From: Amoebophrya sp. A120
Taxonomy: Eukaryota > Protista > Dinoflagellata
Direction of reading: 5' to 3'
DNA length: 64,000 bases
NCBI GenBank assembly: GCA_905178155.1
Contig: CAJINV010000003.1
Location: 8,991,292-9,055,291 of the forward strand
Both the position numbers and the translations under genes were made by a program. Shown piece by piece: positions 25,927 through 36,700 of the stretch; within the stretch, counting starts at the first letter, position 1, and each line of letters starts with the position of its first letter. The notes below the pieces were generated by a model, which was given only the letters and a program-made list of their open reading frames with translations, did no database searches and was not told the origin of the DNA.

Positions 25927-27526
25927 CTACGCGCCGGTCAGAATCTGCGCGACGAGCACGATGCCGAAGAGGATGGGGGAAGTCGCTGCCACTGCCCGCG
26001 CGGAGGCTTCTGGTTCTGACGCCGGCGCAACAGTGGTAGAGGTACGTAGAGCTCTGCACTGGTTTCGCGGGCCCGCCCTCGACTGCAGCCTCGCGGAGAG
26101 CAAGGGCACGAATTTCAGCCGGCGCGTCGCTAGCATCGGCGCCCGGAAGCTCGATCACCACATAACGGCCCTGCTTGCCTTTGCAATCCACCACGGCAGT
26201 GCCGACCCCTGCGTGGGGGTCAGATTCCGGAGCGAAGCGATCGAGACAGTTCGCTGGATCCTCACACTGGATCGTTTCACACTCCGCACCTTCAGGCGGC
26301 GCCAGACAAAAGGACCCCGCCGCAGTGCCCATCCAGAGTTCCAGGTCCTCGTTCCCCTCCGTAAATGCTGTCAACGCCGACGTATCTGCTCGGTCGCGCG
26401 GCGAGTCCGACACTAGCACACGCACGCCGCCCCGCGTTCCATCGTCAACCACCATATCGGTCGCACTGTCGTCGAACTCCGGCTCACCCGAAGCTTTTAG
26501 CGGCATGACATACAACAAACGCCGCATCCGCGGCCAGTGCAAATCCGCACTGAGCTTCACCTTGTCCACAGTCTTCGCGGCGCCCAAGTCGAGTTGAAAC
26601 CAGGGGCACTTCTGCGCCTCGGACTTTGTTCCACTGCCCCACGTGCGTCCGCTGTCCCCGGTGTGTGCAATTGATCCGAGGTCGCCGTCAATCAAATTTT
26701 CGACGGCCTGGAAGGGATACTCGCTGGATGCTGTGGCAGCGGTGACAGTCAGCGCGCCGCTCGACTTCGACGCGGCTCGCGATCCTCGCGCGCCCCCGGT
26801 GCCCGCAGAACGGCTTCGTCTCTGCTCCTGCTGTACAACGCTCTCGCGAGCAGTTCCCCGCTTCGCGGCCGGTTCCCCCTGCAGTCTGCTAGGATCTCCG
26901 ACAGATGTGCTGTTCGTTTTCGCTGTCGTTCGTGTGCTGCCGAGAGGACTCGCTTGTTCTTCGGTGGCATTCACGTAACCACCCGCGTTTTCCTTCCTCT
27001 TGCTCTTCGCTGCGGGTGGACCTCTTGTTGCCGGAGCGGAGCTGTGCGCGAAGTTCTTACCTCGGCGTTGCAGGTGCGACGGGTTCTGGCCATCCGCGGT
27101 TGGTTCCGGCTGCCCGTGTCGCGACGCTGCACTGGTGACCTTGGCCACAGCCTCGCCCCCGCCATTCGCGTCCAAAAGGTACTGGGTCGGGCTGTGCCCC
27201 CTCGCCGCAAGCTCCTCCATCTTGGTGGCGCTCGGGCTCGATTCGCTCGCGCTCGGCTGCAGGGGTTCCTTCTCCTGTCGCAATCGCCTCCCACTCGGCG
27301 ACCTCCCAGTCTCGACGGCCCAGGCTGCGATCTCCTTCGTGGAGCTTGTGTGGTCTAGCACATCGAGCCCTGTAACCCCGGAACGAAGGTGATAAAAAAT
27401 CACTAGAAGTGCCAGGAACGAAGGGGAGAAATCAGCGGCAGCAGCGCTACTCCTTCCACGGTCAGGGAGCGGACTCCCAGCGTGCTTTCGCGTTCGTCGG
27501 GATCGTCCTACAAGTGCGAAGGCCAT
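25927..27526 (-). pseudogene. Intronless F-type lectin/discoidin (FTP, F5/8C-like) surface protein with probable GPI signal in a shifted frame; likely retrocopy
   Basis: Motifs NLIDGD..IAHT, PWFQLDLG..VDKVKL and C.GKQGRYVVIELPG..LALRE..V, plus an N-terminal hydrophobic segment. Removing 1 nt near 26044 continues into STTSTTVAPASEPEASARAVAATSPILFGIVLVAQILTGA-stop. A sequencing error cannot be excluded. Confidence 0.6.
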
Positions 27527-28044
27527 CTTTTCTCTTAATCACAAAGCGCCTTAGCGTTAATTCATATTCAAAATGATTTCAAAATGATTTCAAAAAGTCA
27601 AGGCTTTTGACTTTTGGCTGCCCATGAAAATGCCGAATCTTCGAACAAAATGAACGACGCGCCCCGGTTGTGGACCATCCACAAGCCCTATGCCGTGTGC
27701 TTACGCGGAGCATTTCGCTTGAAAAACGCAACGCCACCATTTAAATGCGTGTCATTAGTTTGGGGGGGTGTTTGGCTTGGAATTGGCAAGGCCACAAGCT
27801 CTGGGCCATGGCATGGCGGCTCAAGATTGAACCGCCAGGGTCCATCGAAAATCCAGCTGACAGACACCGCATCCACCCAAAGCCACGACGCATGGGGCAA
27901 ACACAATTCCATTCCTGAGGCGGCCGAAAGATGGCCCAGATGCAACCTCTCCCCTCGATTGCTCGGGCCTTAATATTGGTGCCTAACATATAATATGCCA
28001 TGCCACAACCCACACCAATGCCAGAGCGATCACGCAGAGTGCCC

Positions 28045-28206
28045 AATTTCAAAAGGAAATTGGCGGCCCGAAGCAATTTCAAAAAGAAATTGGCGGCCTG
28101 AACGGAATTCAAAAAGAAATTGGCGGGGGCGATGGAATTCAAAAAGAAATTGGCGGCCCCGAGACAATTCAAAAAGAAATTGGCGGCCCTGGGCAATTTC
28201 AAAAAA
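28045..28206 (+). repeat. 30-bp minisatellite, 5 units plus a partial unit
   Basis: Units start at 28045, 28075, 28105, 28135, 28165 and 28195. Conserved core TTCAAAAAGAAATTGGCGG followed by a variable tail of about 8 nt. Confidence 0.9.
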
Positions 28207-28314
28207 TAGTTGGGAATAAGTTGGAGACAAACTCAAAATTAGTTGGATCAGGGATTCTTAGTATGGGAAACAGAAAAAAGTTGGCTTCCAACTTATTTCC
28301 AACTATTTTTTGAA
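28198..28314. repeat. Inverted repeat, 28-bp arms
   Basis: ttcaaaaaatagttgggaataagttgga (28198-28225) matches the reverse complement of 28287-28314 at 27/28. Confidence 0.9.
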
Positions 28315-28670
28315 TCTGGCGAAAGGAGATTCCTCGACCCGGGCCCTCTTGAGTTGGCTTGCTTTACTGCAGGCCCTTTGGAGTATCGGAATCCACCTTC
28401 CGAAGCGCTGTCGAGAAGCCCTTCGGCGTGAAAGCCAACCCTATCCATCGACGTCCCGCAAGCTATACCACAACACCCTGGAAGAAAGAGGGGCAGGAGA
28501 AGGTCACGAAGGAAAAGCTTTACACAAAAAGTGCTCCCGCGAACGGTCTAAAACACATTCGCGTTCGTCGGGATCGTCGGGATCGTTCGTCGGGATCGTC
28601 CTACAAGTGCGGAGGCCATCTTTTCTCTGTGAAACTTCTTAACCCCGACTACACGCAGTCCTAGTTCGTA

Positions 28671-28692
28671 CTTGACCCAAAATGGCTACGGA
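28671..28692 (-). other. Dinoflagellate spliced-leader (DinoSL) sequence: retro-relic or SL RNA (pseudo)gene
   Basis: Minus strand reads TCCGTAGCCATTTTGGGTCAAG versus canonical DCCGTAGCCATTTTGGCTCAAG (21/22). It lies 51 nt upstream of the duplicated lectin ATG at 28619. Confidence 0.85.
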
Positions 28693-30824
28693 CGATAAAT
28701 AACGCAATCTGCTGTCTGAGCGAAGGCCTAAGCTTGCGTCTCTCCTCGCACGGGAAGACGCGATTCCCAGGCACCTCGTCAGCATCAAAAAAATGCGAAA
28801 AGACATGTGGTGCGTGTGCGCGCAGTCGCTCAAGTCGTAATACATTCAGAGAACTCTGCGTGCGTGAATAGTACACAAAAAGGATAGAGAATGGTGGCGC
28901 CTAAACGGATAAAGTGCCACGCTGCGCGGGGGGTGGCGGCGCGGGTATCCGCCCGGTGGCGAGGGGTCCGCTCGGTGGCGAGCGGCTGGAACGAACGGCG
29001 GGCCGGCGCGCGGCGCGAACGCGCTTCACTCGCTCCCGCGTAAGCCCGTCCATCCTGAAGCACCCCCCCCGAGGCCCATTCCCCGCCCCGCTTTGCGGGT
29101 TGGCGCTTCGTTCATTTTGGGTTGCAGAGGCGGGCGGCAAGCAAAATGCCCAGAGGCCGGCAGTGAGCCTACTCTCTCGGAGGAAACAAAGAAACACACG
29201 GACAGCCAGCCACGCAACGGGCAGCAGGGATGGAAAAAACACCCAAAAGCTGCCTGGCGGCCTAACCCAAACCACCCAGGGACGGATGCCGGCTCCTGAC
29301 GCCTTGCGCGAAGCACGCAGCGAGCCCCCTTGCGGGCCGCCGGGGTGTCCAGCGCGTAGGGCCCACACAACCCCACCCAGCCAAGCAAGCAACTTCCCAA
29401 CGGCCCCTGCCCTCCGGGCCCGACCACCCTCTGGGGCGCTCCGGTTTGCTTTTGCTTTTGCATTTCAGAAACGGGGGGGCGGCAGGAAAAATAAAAGCCA
29501 AGCAGCTAGAGCCTGGCTGCAGGCAGGAAAAGTAAAAGCCCAGCCGCTAGGGATTATTTTTCCGCTGCCTGAGGCAGCGCCCCGTCTATGCACCCCAAAC
29601 GGCGTAGGTGGGCCGACCCCGCAGGCCCGCGATGGGGCCCCCTTTTGGGTCATCGCGGCGCTCGGGACCTAGGGCGCCAGGGCATATACTATACATATAA
29701 TTGTCTATGAAGAGAGTTACAACAATAAAAGCATTTGAAGTAAACAGCCTAAACCTACCTAAAGCTAAACTACTATACTACTCTAGGAAAGATGCCACCT
29801 GGTTTAAAGAATAACTTCTTCGAGATTTGGCACTTGCAATCTTGAGTGCATTTCTGGAATTGGAATCATAGGGCACGAGCAAACGCAGGAGAAGGCATTA
29901 CTGTGCAGAGTGGAAAATAAACATGACAGAAAGCAGAAGAGAAGAAGGGGAGGAAAAAGGGACGAGCAGAGCACTTCACTTTTTCAGTTCTTGTGGTAAG
30001 CTGGTGATGAACGTCTTCACCAACGCCTTAAGCGCCGGCCTAAACCTGCCTCCCGTTTGCCTACGGGAAACAGACCGATCATGATCCGCGGCTCCAGCCA
30101 TACGTAACTCTGCAGGAAAAGACACCGGTGGGCGCTGGGCGCGGCTGCGGGCGCTGCTAGCATCTCTCACAACGCTCTGTCTTTCATCGTTGAATTTAGA
30201 CGTGAATTGAGCTAGAACAGGGCCCAACATAGATACTTGCCTGATCGTCTGGCATTTTTTTGCGTATAATTTATGGAAAAGGAGCACTTATCACGAGGAT
30301 TTATGTCTGTGCTTCGTTTTGAATTCTTTCACATTGAGTTTGTAATGCAAAATGAATAGTAAACGCAAGATCTGGTGACATGGAGTAATACTAAGTTAGC
30401 ATCGTGCTAATTCCACCCGGTGGAATAGGAACTCTCTCAACAATCTGCCATGCAAAAATAAAAGTTCTCTGGTCTCTCAGAAGACAGATGAAGAGGAAGC
30501 TGAGGAAGCAACATGAAATCTACTGTAATGCAAAAGTATTGACTTCTGTTCTCTCAGAAGACAGATGACGAAATGCTAGAGGAAGTCTAATTTATGAATT
30601 TGATGGCTTGATGCGTGGCGTCTTTCTTTTGGGGCGGGGGGACGAAGGATGCTTGAAAGCGCCCACAGCAATGTAGGGCAAGAATAGGAGCGTTCGCCAA
30701 ATTAGGGGTAGGATAGCTGCTTGACGTTGACCTGCTGGAAAAATACTACATCCGGAATCGGAGTAGGAGCAGGAACAGGAGTAGATGTTGTGCTCGTTTA
30801 TTTCGTTTCCATATTCTTATCAAG

Positions 30825-31167
30825 AATCTCTACCATGACTAGCGAAAAGTCAGAAAACCCATTATTTAATAGTATTCCGCAATAAAAACAAAAAACGAAA
30901 ACGAACAATGGAAACGAAAAACGAAAACAAAAAACGACAACGAACAATGAAAACGAAAAACGAAAACAAAGAATGAAAACGAAAAACGAAAACAAAGAAT
31001 AAAAACAAAGAATGAAAACGAAAAACGAAAACAAAGAATGAAAACGAAAAACCAAAACAAAGAATAAAAACAAAGAATGAAAACGAAAAACCAAAACAAA
31101 CAATCTCTACAATGACTAGCGAAAGGCGAGAAAACCCATTATTTAATAGTATTCCGCAATAGAAACA
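30825..31167 (+). repeat. AAAACG/AAAACAAAGAATG low-complexity array bracketed by 66-bp direct repeats
   Basis: 30825-30890 matches 31102-31167 at 61/66, with the array between them. Confidence 0.9.
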
Positions 31168-31168
31168 G

Positions 31169-32150
31169 ACATATCATCACGAGTAGATCCTAACTACTAC
31201 ATCTTCACCACACACAACTTCCACACTACATTCCCAGGCTATGACTATGATTTTCGAACGCATTTTTCTCTGCTTCTTTTTCTTCTTTTCTCGTTGCTGG
31301 CTTCGCCGTCTTCCTTTCGTTTTTCACTTTCCTTGGGCCCCTCATGAATCTCGCCGAGAGCTGCCTACTACCGCATCGGCTTTCGTATCAGTTACCACAT
31401 TCGTGTTTTTTGTCATCACCAGTAACCATATCAGGGGGCTACAAACGTACTATCGTTCTTGGTTCTAGCAGGGGTGGCGTGTGGAGTACTAAGTCAGAAA
31501 TTGACATAGCGGGAATTCATTTGATCGTCATAAGATTCATGAGAAGCGAAACGCACAGAATGAGAAAGAAGCAATCCCGTAGCCTGGTGGGTTGTTGTAA
31601 AGCGCATGGATTTTTCAAGTTGGTGGGTTCTCAAGGTATCGACTAGTCTCATTTTACATCAAGCGCTGCAAAAATTTCAGATCAAGTCACCTAGAGATCA
31701 CTCATGGGGAGTCATTTATGGGATCCAGGGCGTGCCCATTATGTTGTCCGAGATGGTAGTCATGTTGTCCAGGATCACACATCTCAGCAGCACAACGGTC
31801 CCACTCCGGTAAGCGCCCAATAAACAAAACTACGCCGACAAGTGATAGATAAAACGCCGCTACATCGGCTTCCGTCACATCTACGAGAGACGGCGGCGAG
31901 TAAAAACTAAAGTAAGTGTAACGAGAACTGGCTCTCCCGAATAAAGCACAAAGTAGAATGGTATACGCTAAAACTTTGACATACTCCAATCTGGAAAAAG
32001 AAAAATAGACAGGCGGCGAGAACACTCAAACCCTCCATGTCTGGGTCAATTGACAGCACTGCTATGGGTCAGTAACTCCCAGCCTCAGCACCGTATATAA
32101 AACATATCATCACGAGTAGATCCTAACTACTACATCTTCACCACACACAA
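31169..32150. repeat. Perfect 49-bp direct repeats bracketing 884 bp of unique sequence
   Basis: acatatcatcacgagtagatcctaactactacatcttcaccacacacaa at 31169-31217 and 32102-32150. Confidence 0.9.
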
Positions 32151-32340
32151 AGAACAGAAACTTCATACTCATAGAAACAAAGAACAGAAACGAAAAACAA
32201 AAACAAAGAATGGAAACGAAAAACGACAACAAACAATGGAAACAAAAAACGAAAACAAAGAATAAAAACGAAAAACGAAAACAAAGAATGAAAACAAAAA
32301 ACGAAAACAAAGAATAGAAACGAAAAACAACAACAACGAA
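32151..32340 (+). repeat. Second AAAACG-type low-complexity array
   Basis: Same motifs as 30891-31101. Confidence 0.85.
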
Positions 32341-32364
32341 ATGCTGACAAAGCGCCCAAGCTTC

Positions 32365-34350
32365 TAAGCGACGAAGCCTCGAAACGAAGGGGCCTCGAAA
32401 CGCCGAAGCAGCGAAGCCTCGAAGCAACGAAGAAGCCTCGAAGAGCCGCGAAGCCTCGAAGAGCTGCAAAGCCTCGAAGGGCCGCGAAGCCTCGAAGAGC
32501 CGCAAAGCCTCGAAGAGCGGCGAAGCCGCGAAGCCTCGAAGCAGCGAAGCCTCGAAGGAAGCAGCGAAGCCTCGAAGGAAGCAGCGAAGCCTCGAAGGAA
32601 GCAGCGAAGCCTCGAAGGGAGCAGCGAAGCCGCGAAGGGAGCAGCGAAGCCGCGAGGGGAGCAGCGAAGCCGCGAGGGGAGCAGCGAAGCCTCGGAGGGG
32701 GCAGCGAAGCCTCGAAGGGAGCAACGAAGCCTCGAAGGAAGCCTCGAAGCAGCAAAGCCTCGAAGCAGCGAAGCCTCGAAGCAGCGAAGCCTCGAAGCAG
32801 CGAGGCCTCGAAGCAGCGAAGCCTCGAAGCGGCGAGGCCTCGAAGGGAGCAGCGAAGCAGCGACGCCTCGAAGCAGCGACGCCTCGAAGCCTCGAAGCGG
32901 CGAAGCTCGAAGCGCGCAGCGATCGAAGCCTCGAAGCGCGCCGCGAAGCCTCGAAGCGCGCAGCGAAGCCTCGAAGCACGCAGCGAAGCCTCGAAGCACG
33001 CAGCGAAGCCTCGAAGCACGCGACGAAGCCTCGAAGCACGCAGCGAAGCCTCGAAGCACGCGGCGAAGCCTCGAAGCACGCGGCGAAGCCTCGAAGCACG
33101 CGGCGAAACCTCGAAGCACGCGGCGAAGCCTCGAAGCACACAGCGAAGCCTCGAAGCAGCGAAGCGTCGAAGCAGCAAAGCCCCGAAGCACCGCCTCAGG
33201 CCTCGAAGCAGCGCCTGAGGCCTCGAAGCAGCGCCTGAAGCCTCGAAGCGGCGTCTGAAGCCTCGAGGCAGCAGCGTGCGAAGCCTCGGGTCAGCAACGT
33301 GCGAAACCTCGAGGCAACAGCGTGAGAAACCTCGAGGCGGCAACGCGCGAAACCTCGAGGCAGCAGCGTGAGAAACCTCGAGGCAGCAGCGTGCGAGGCC
33401 CCGAAGCAGCAGCGCGCGACGCCTCGGGGCAGCAACGTACGAAACCCCGAGGCAGCAACGTACGAAACCTCGAAGCAGCAACGAACGCACGAAGCCACGG
33501 CGCAACAACGTACGAAACAACGCGCGAAGCCCCGAAGCCGCGGGGCCCCGAAGCAGTAAAGCCTCGACGAAGCCGCGCCGGCCGGTGCCGGACCATGGCC
33601 AAGCCGAGCCGGTGCGTGCCTGCCGGACCATGGCCAAGCAAGGCGAGCCGGTGCCGGGCCATGAGCAGACCGAGCCGGTGCATGCCGGACCATGGATGGC
33701 AAGGCCGGGCCGGTGCGTGCCGGACCCTGGCAAGGCCAAGCCGGTGCCGGACCATGGCCGAGCCGAGCCGGACTATGCATGGCCAAGCCGAGCCGGTGCC
33801 GGACCATGCATGGCCAAGCCGAGCCGGTGGGTGCCGGACGATGCATGGCCAAGCCGAGCCGGTGCCGGAGCATGCATGGCCAAGCCGAGAAGGTGCCGGA
33901 CCATGGCCGAGGCGAGCCGGTGCCGGGCCATTCAGCATGGCCAAGCCGAACCATGGCCAAGACCCGAAGCGAAGATAAAAGCCCCGAAGCAAAGAAGCCG
34001 CGAAGCGAAGAGAGATGCCCCGAAGCGAAGAGAGGCGCCCCGAAGCAAAGGAGCCCCGAGGCGAGGATAGAAGCGAAGATAGAAGCCTCGAAGCCGCAGC
34101 GAACGAAGTCTCGAAGCCGCGGCGAAGCCTCGAAGCCGTAGCGAGGCCTCGAAGCCGCAGCGACGCCCCGAAGCCGCAGCAAAGCCCCGAAGCCTCAGCG
34201 ACGGCTCGAAGCCGCAGCGAAGCCTAGAAGCCGCAGCGAAGCCCCGAAGACGCAGCGAAGCCTCGAAGCCGCAGCGCAGGCCGCTCGAAGCCGCAACAAA
34301 ACCTCGAAGCAACGCGGCCTCGAAGTAACAACGCCGCAGCGAAGCCGCAG
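32365..34350 (+). repeat. Satellite A, core GCAGCGAAGCCTCGAA (16-20 bp variants), interrupted at about 33578-33961 by satellite B
   Basis: Dozens of tandem degenerate copies seen directly. Confidence 0.9.
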
Positions 34351-35998
34351 CGGAGCCAGGTCGTGGCCGCGCCGGTGCCAGATCAGGGTCGGGGGGGCCG
34401 GTTCCAGGTCGTGGCGAAGCCTGCCGGTGCCAGGTCATGGCCAAGCCGGTGCCGGGCCAATGGCCTGCCAGCCAAGCCTACCAGCCAACGCCACGTCATT
34501 CATAATTGCCGAGCCGGTGCCAGATCTTGGCCAAGCCAATGCAAGGCCGTGGCCAAGCCGGTGCCAGATCCTTCCTGGCGAAGCCTGCCGGTGCCCGGTC
34601 GTGGCCAGGCCGGTCGGTGGCAGATCATGGCCAAACCAAGCCTGCCGATGGATGCGTGCCAGATCATACACGGCCAAGCCTAGCCGGCCGGTGCCAGATC
34701 GGGGCATGCAAAGCCCCCCCCCCGGCCGGTGCCCGGCAGATCATGACAAAGCCGGTGCCAGATCATGGGCGAGCCTGAGCCACCCAGATCATGGCGTGGC
34801 CAAGCCGACGCCAGGTCGTCCGTGTCCAAGCCTGCCGGTGCGTGCCAGATCATGGCCCGGGTCGCTGGCGCCAGGTCGCGCGCGGTCCGAACCGCCAGGC
34901 CAAACAAGCCTGCGTGCCGGCGCCAGGCCGTGGCCAAACCGGTGCCAGATCATGCCCTCGCCTGCCACCGTCTGCCACCCTGCCCGCCGGCGCCAGATCA
35001 TGGCCAGGCCGGTTCCGAGTGATTCTGGTGGCCAGGCCCGCCGGTGCCGGAACATGGCCAGCCCGCTGCCAGATCACGCCCAAGCCGGTGCCAGGAAGCG
35101 GCAAGGCCGTTGCCAGATCATGGCCATGCCGGTGCCAGGTGGGTCGTTACCAAGCCGGCGCCATATCATCGCCGAACCGGTGCCAGACAGGTCGCGTCCA
35201 AGCGAGCCGGTGCCAGATCATGGCCAAGCCGGTGCCAAATCATGGCCACGCCGGTGCCAGGTCGTTGCCAGGCAAGCCGGTGCCGGGTCGCGGCCAAGGC
35301 GGTGCCAGGCAGATCATGGCCAAGCCGGCGCCAGATCACGCCCAAGCCGGCCCCGGGTCGTGGCCAAGCCAGTGCCAGGTCGTGGACAAGCCGGCGCCAG
35401 ATCATGGCCAAGCCGGTGCCAGGTTGTAGCCGAGCCGGTGCCAGATCATACACGGCCAAGCCTGCCGGCCTTCCGGTGCCAGATCATGGCCAGGCCGGCC
35501 GGTGCCAGATCACAGCAAGGCCGGTGCTCGCCCATGCCCAAGCCGGTGCCAGGTCATGGCCAAGCCAAGCTGGTTCCGGGTCGTGGCTGAGCCGCAGCCG
35601 GTGCCAAATCATGGCCAGGCCAGCCACCAAGCCGGTGCCTGCCAGATCATGGCAAGGCCAAGCCCTTGCGCCAGATCATGGCCAAGCCGGTGCCGGATGG
35701 ATCATGGCCAAGCCTGCCTGCCGGTGTCAGAGCATCGCCAAGCCGGTGCCAAATCACGGCGAAGGTAGGCGGTGCCAGATCATGGCCATGCCGGTGCCCG
35801 ATCATGCCCAAGCCGGTGCCGGACCCTGGCCACGCCGGTTTCAGGCCCTGGCTAAGCCGGTGCCAGACCCTGGCCAAGCCGGTGCCCGATCATGCCCGCC
35901 CCCCGCCGCCAGATCGCGGCCCCGCCAGTGCCAGCATGCAAGATGGCGGCAAGGGCCAACCTGCCAGCCGCGCCGGTGCCGGATCGTGGCCATGCCGT
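33578..35998 (+). repeat. Satellite B, core GCCGGTGCCAGATCATGGCCAA (22 bp); blocks at about 33578-33961 and 34355-35998
   Basis: Dozens of tandem degenerate copies. The first block is a GCCGAGCCGGTGCCGGACCATGGCCAA variant. Confidence 0.9.
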
Positions 35999-36700
35999 TC
36001 TGGCGCTTTGAAAATAGCAGGCAGATGGGCCTGCCTGTGCTGAAGCACCGACGACGATTTTCCACAGAGAAACGCTGAGGGCTATTATTCATCTAGCGGA
36101 ATACTATTAAGTCTGCAGGCTACTGGACACGGGAAGCGGGATAAGGCTAGTTGTAGTTCCTCAGCTGTCACTTTTATCATTTCTCATTTCATACTTTTAT
36201 TTTGATTTGATTCGGGACTGGCAACGCAATCAACTTCAACTTCAATGTGGAGTACTAAAGCCTGCCGCACCGTCGACTATCCCAGTTGCTCTTCCGGCCT
36301 GCAACTTAGATTTTTACAATCTACCGGAGCAGTTTGCTCATCCGGGTGGAAGACGAGGGGTGAGCGCGACAATCAACGCAATGTGTGTGCGCTTTTGATT
36401 TTAGATACCTATTGTAGAGCTCCAATAAACGCCATTGTTTTTACAACTACAAGAATAGAACTACGACTGTAGCACTACTGGTTGGTATTTAATGGATAGA
36501 AGTAACATCTTGATGCACGATCTTTATTTGACCTTGGATAGAAAAAATTTATAAAACTTGCACGACCGTGAATGTGAAGAAAGCACAAGCAGTGGAAAGC
36601 ACCAATGCGGTAACTTTCACTTTGTCAAATCTCTTGAAACTCTCCAGCAAAGATGGAAGATGGAAACTAACCACAGAAAGAATTCTTTCACTATTAAACT

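Larger units (their letters stand above)
27491..28628. repeat. 45-bp direct duplication of the lectin start-codon region bracketing an insert of about 1 kb
   Basis: 27491-27535 matches 28584-28628 at 44/45, with extra partial copies at 28558-28583. Confidence 0.9.

Noticed and set aside
28045-28206. CRISPR-like constant/variable array
   Set aside because: Variable parts are only about 8 nt, there are no cas genes, and the context is eukaryotic.
30798-31103. Phe-rich hydrophobic ORFs
   Set aside because: They are translations of the AAAACG array.
32110-36092. Many long overlapping ORFs (up to 533 aa) on both strands
   Set aside because: They are by-products of stop-poor satellites, open in several frames at once with repetitive translations.
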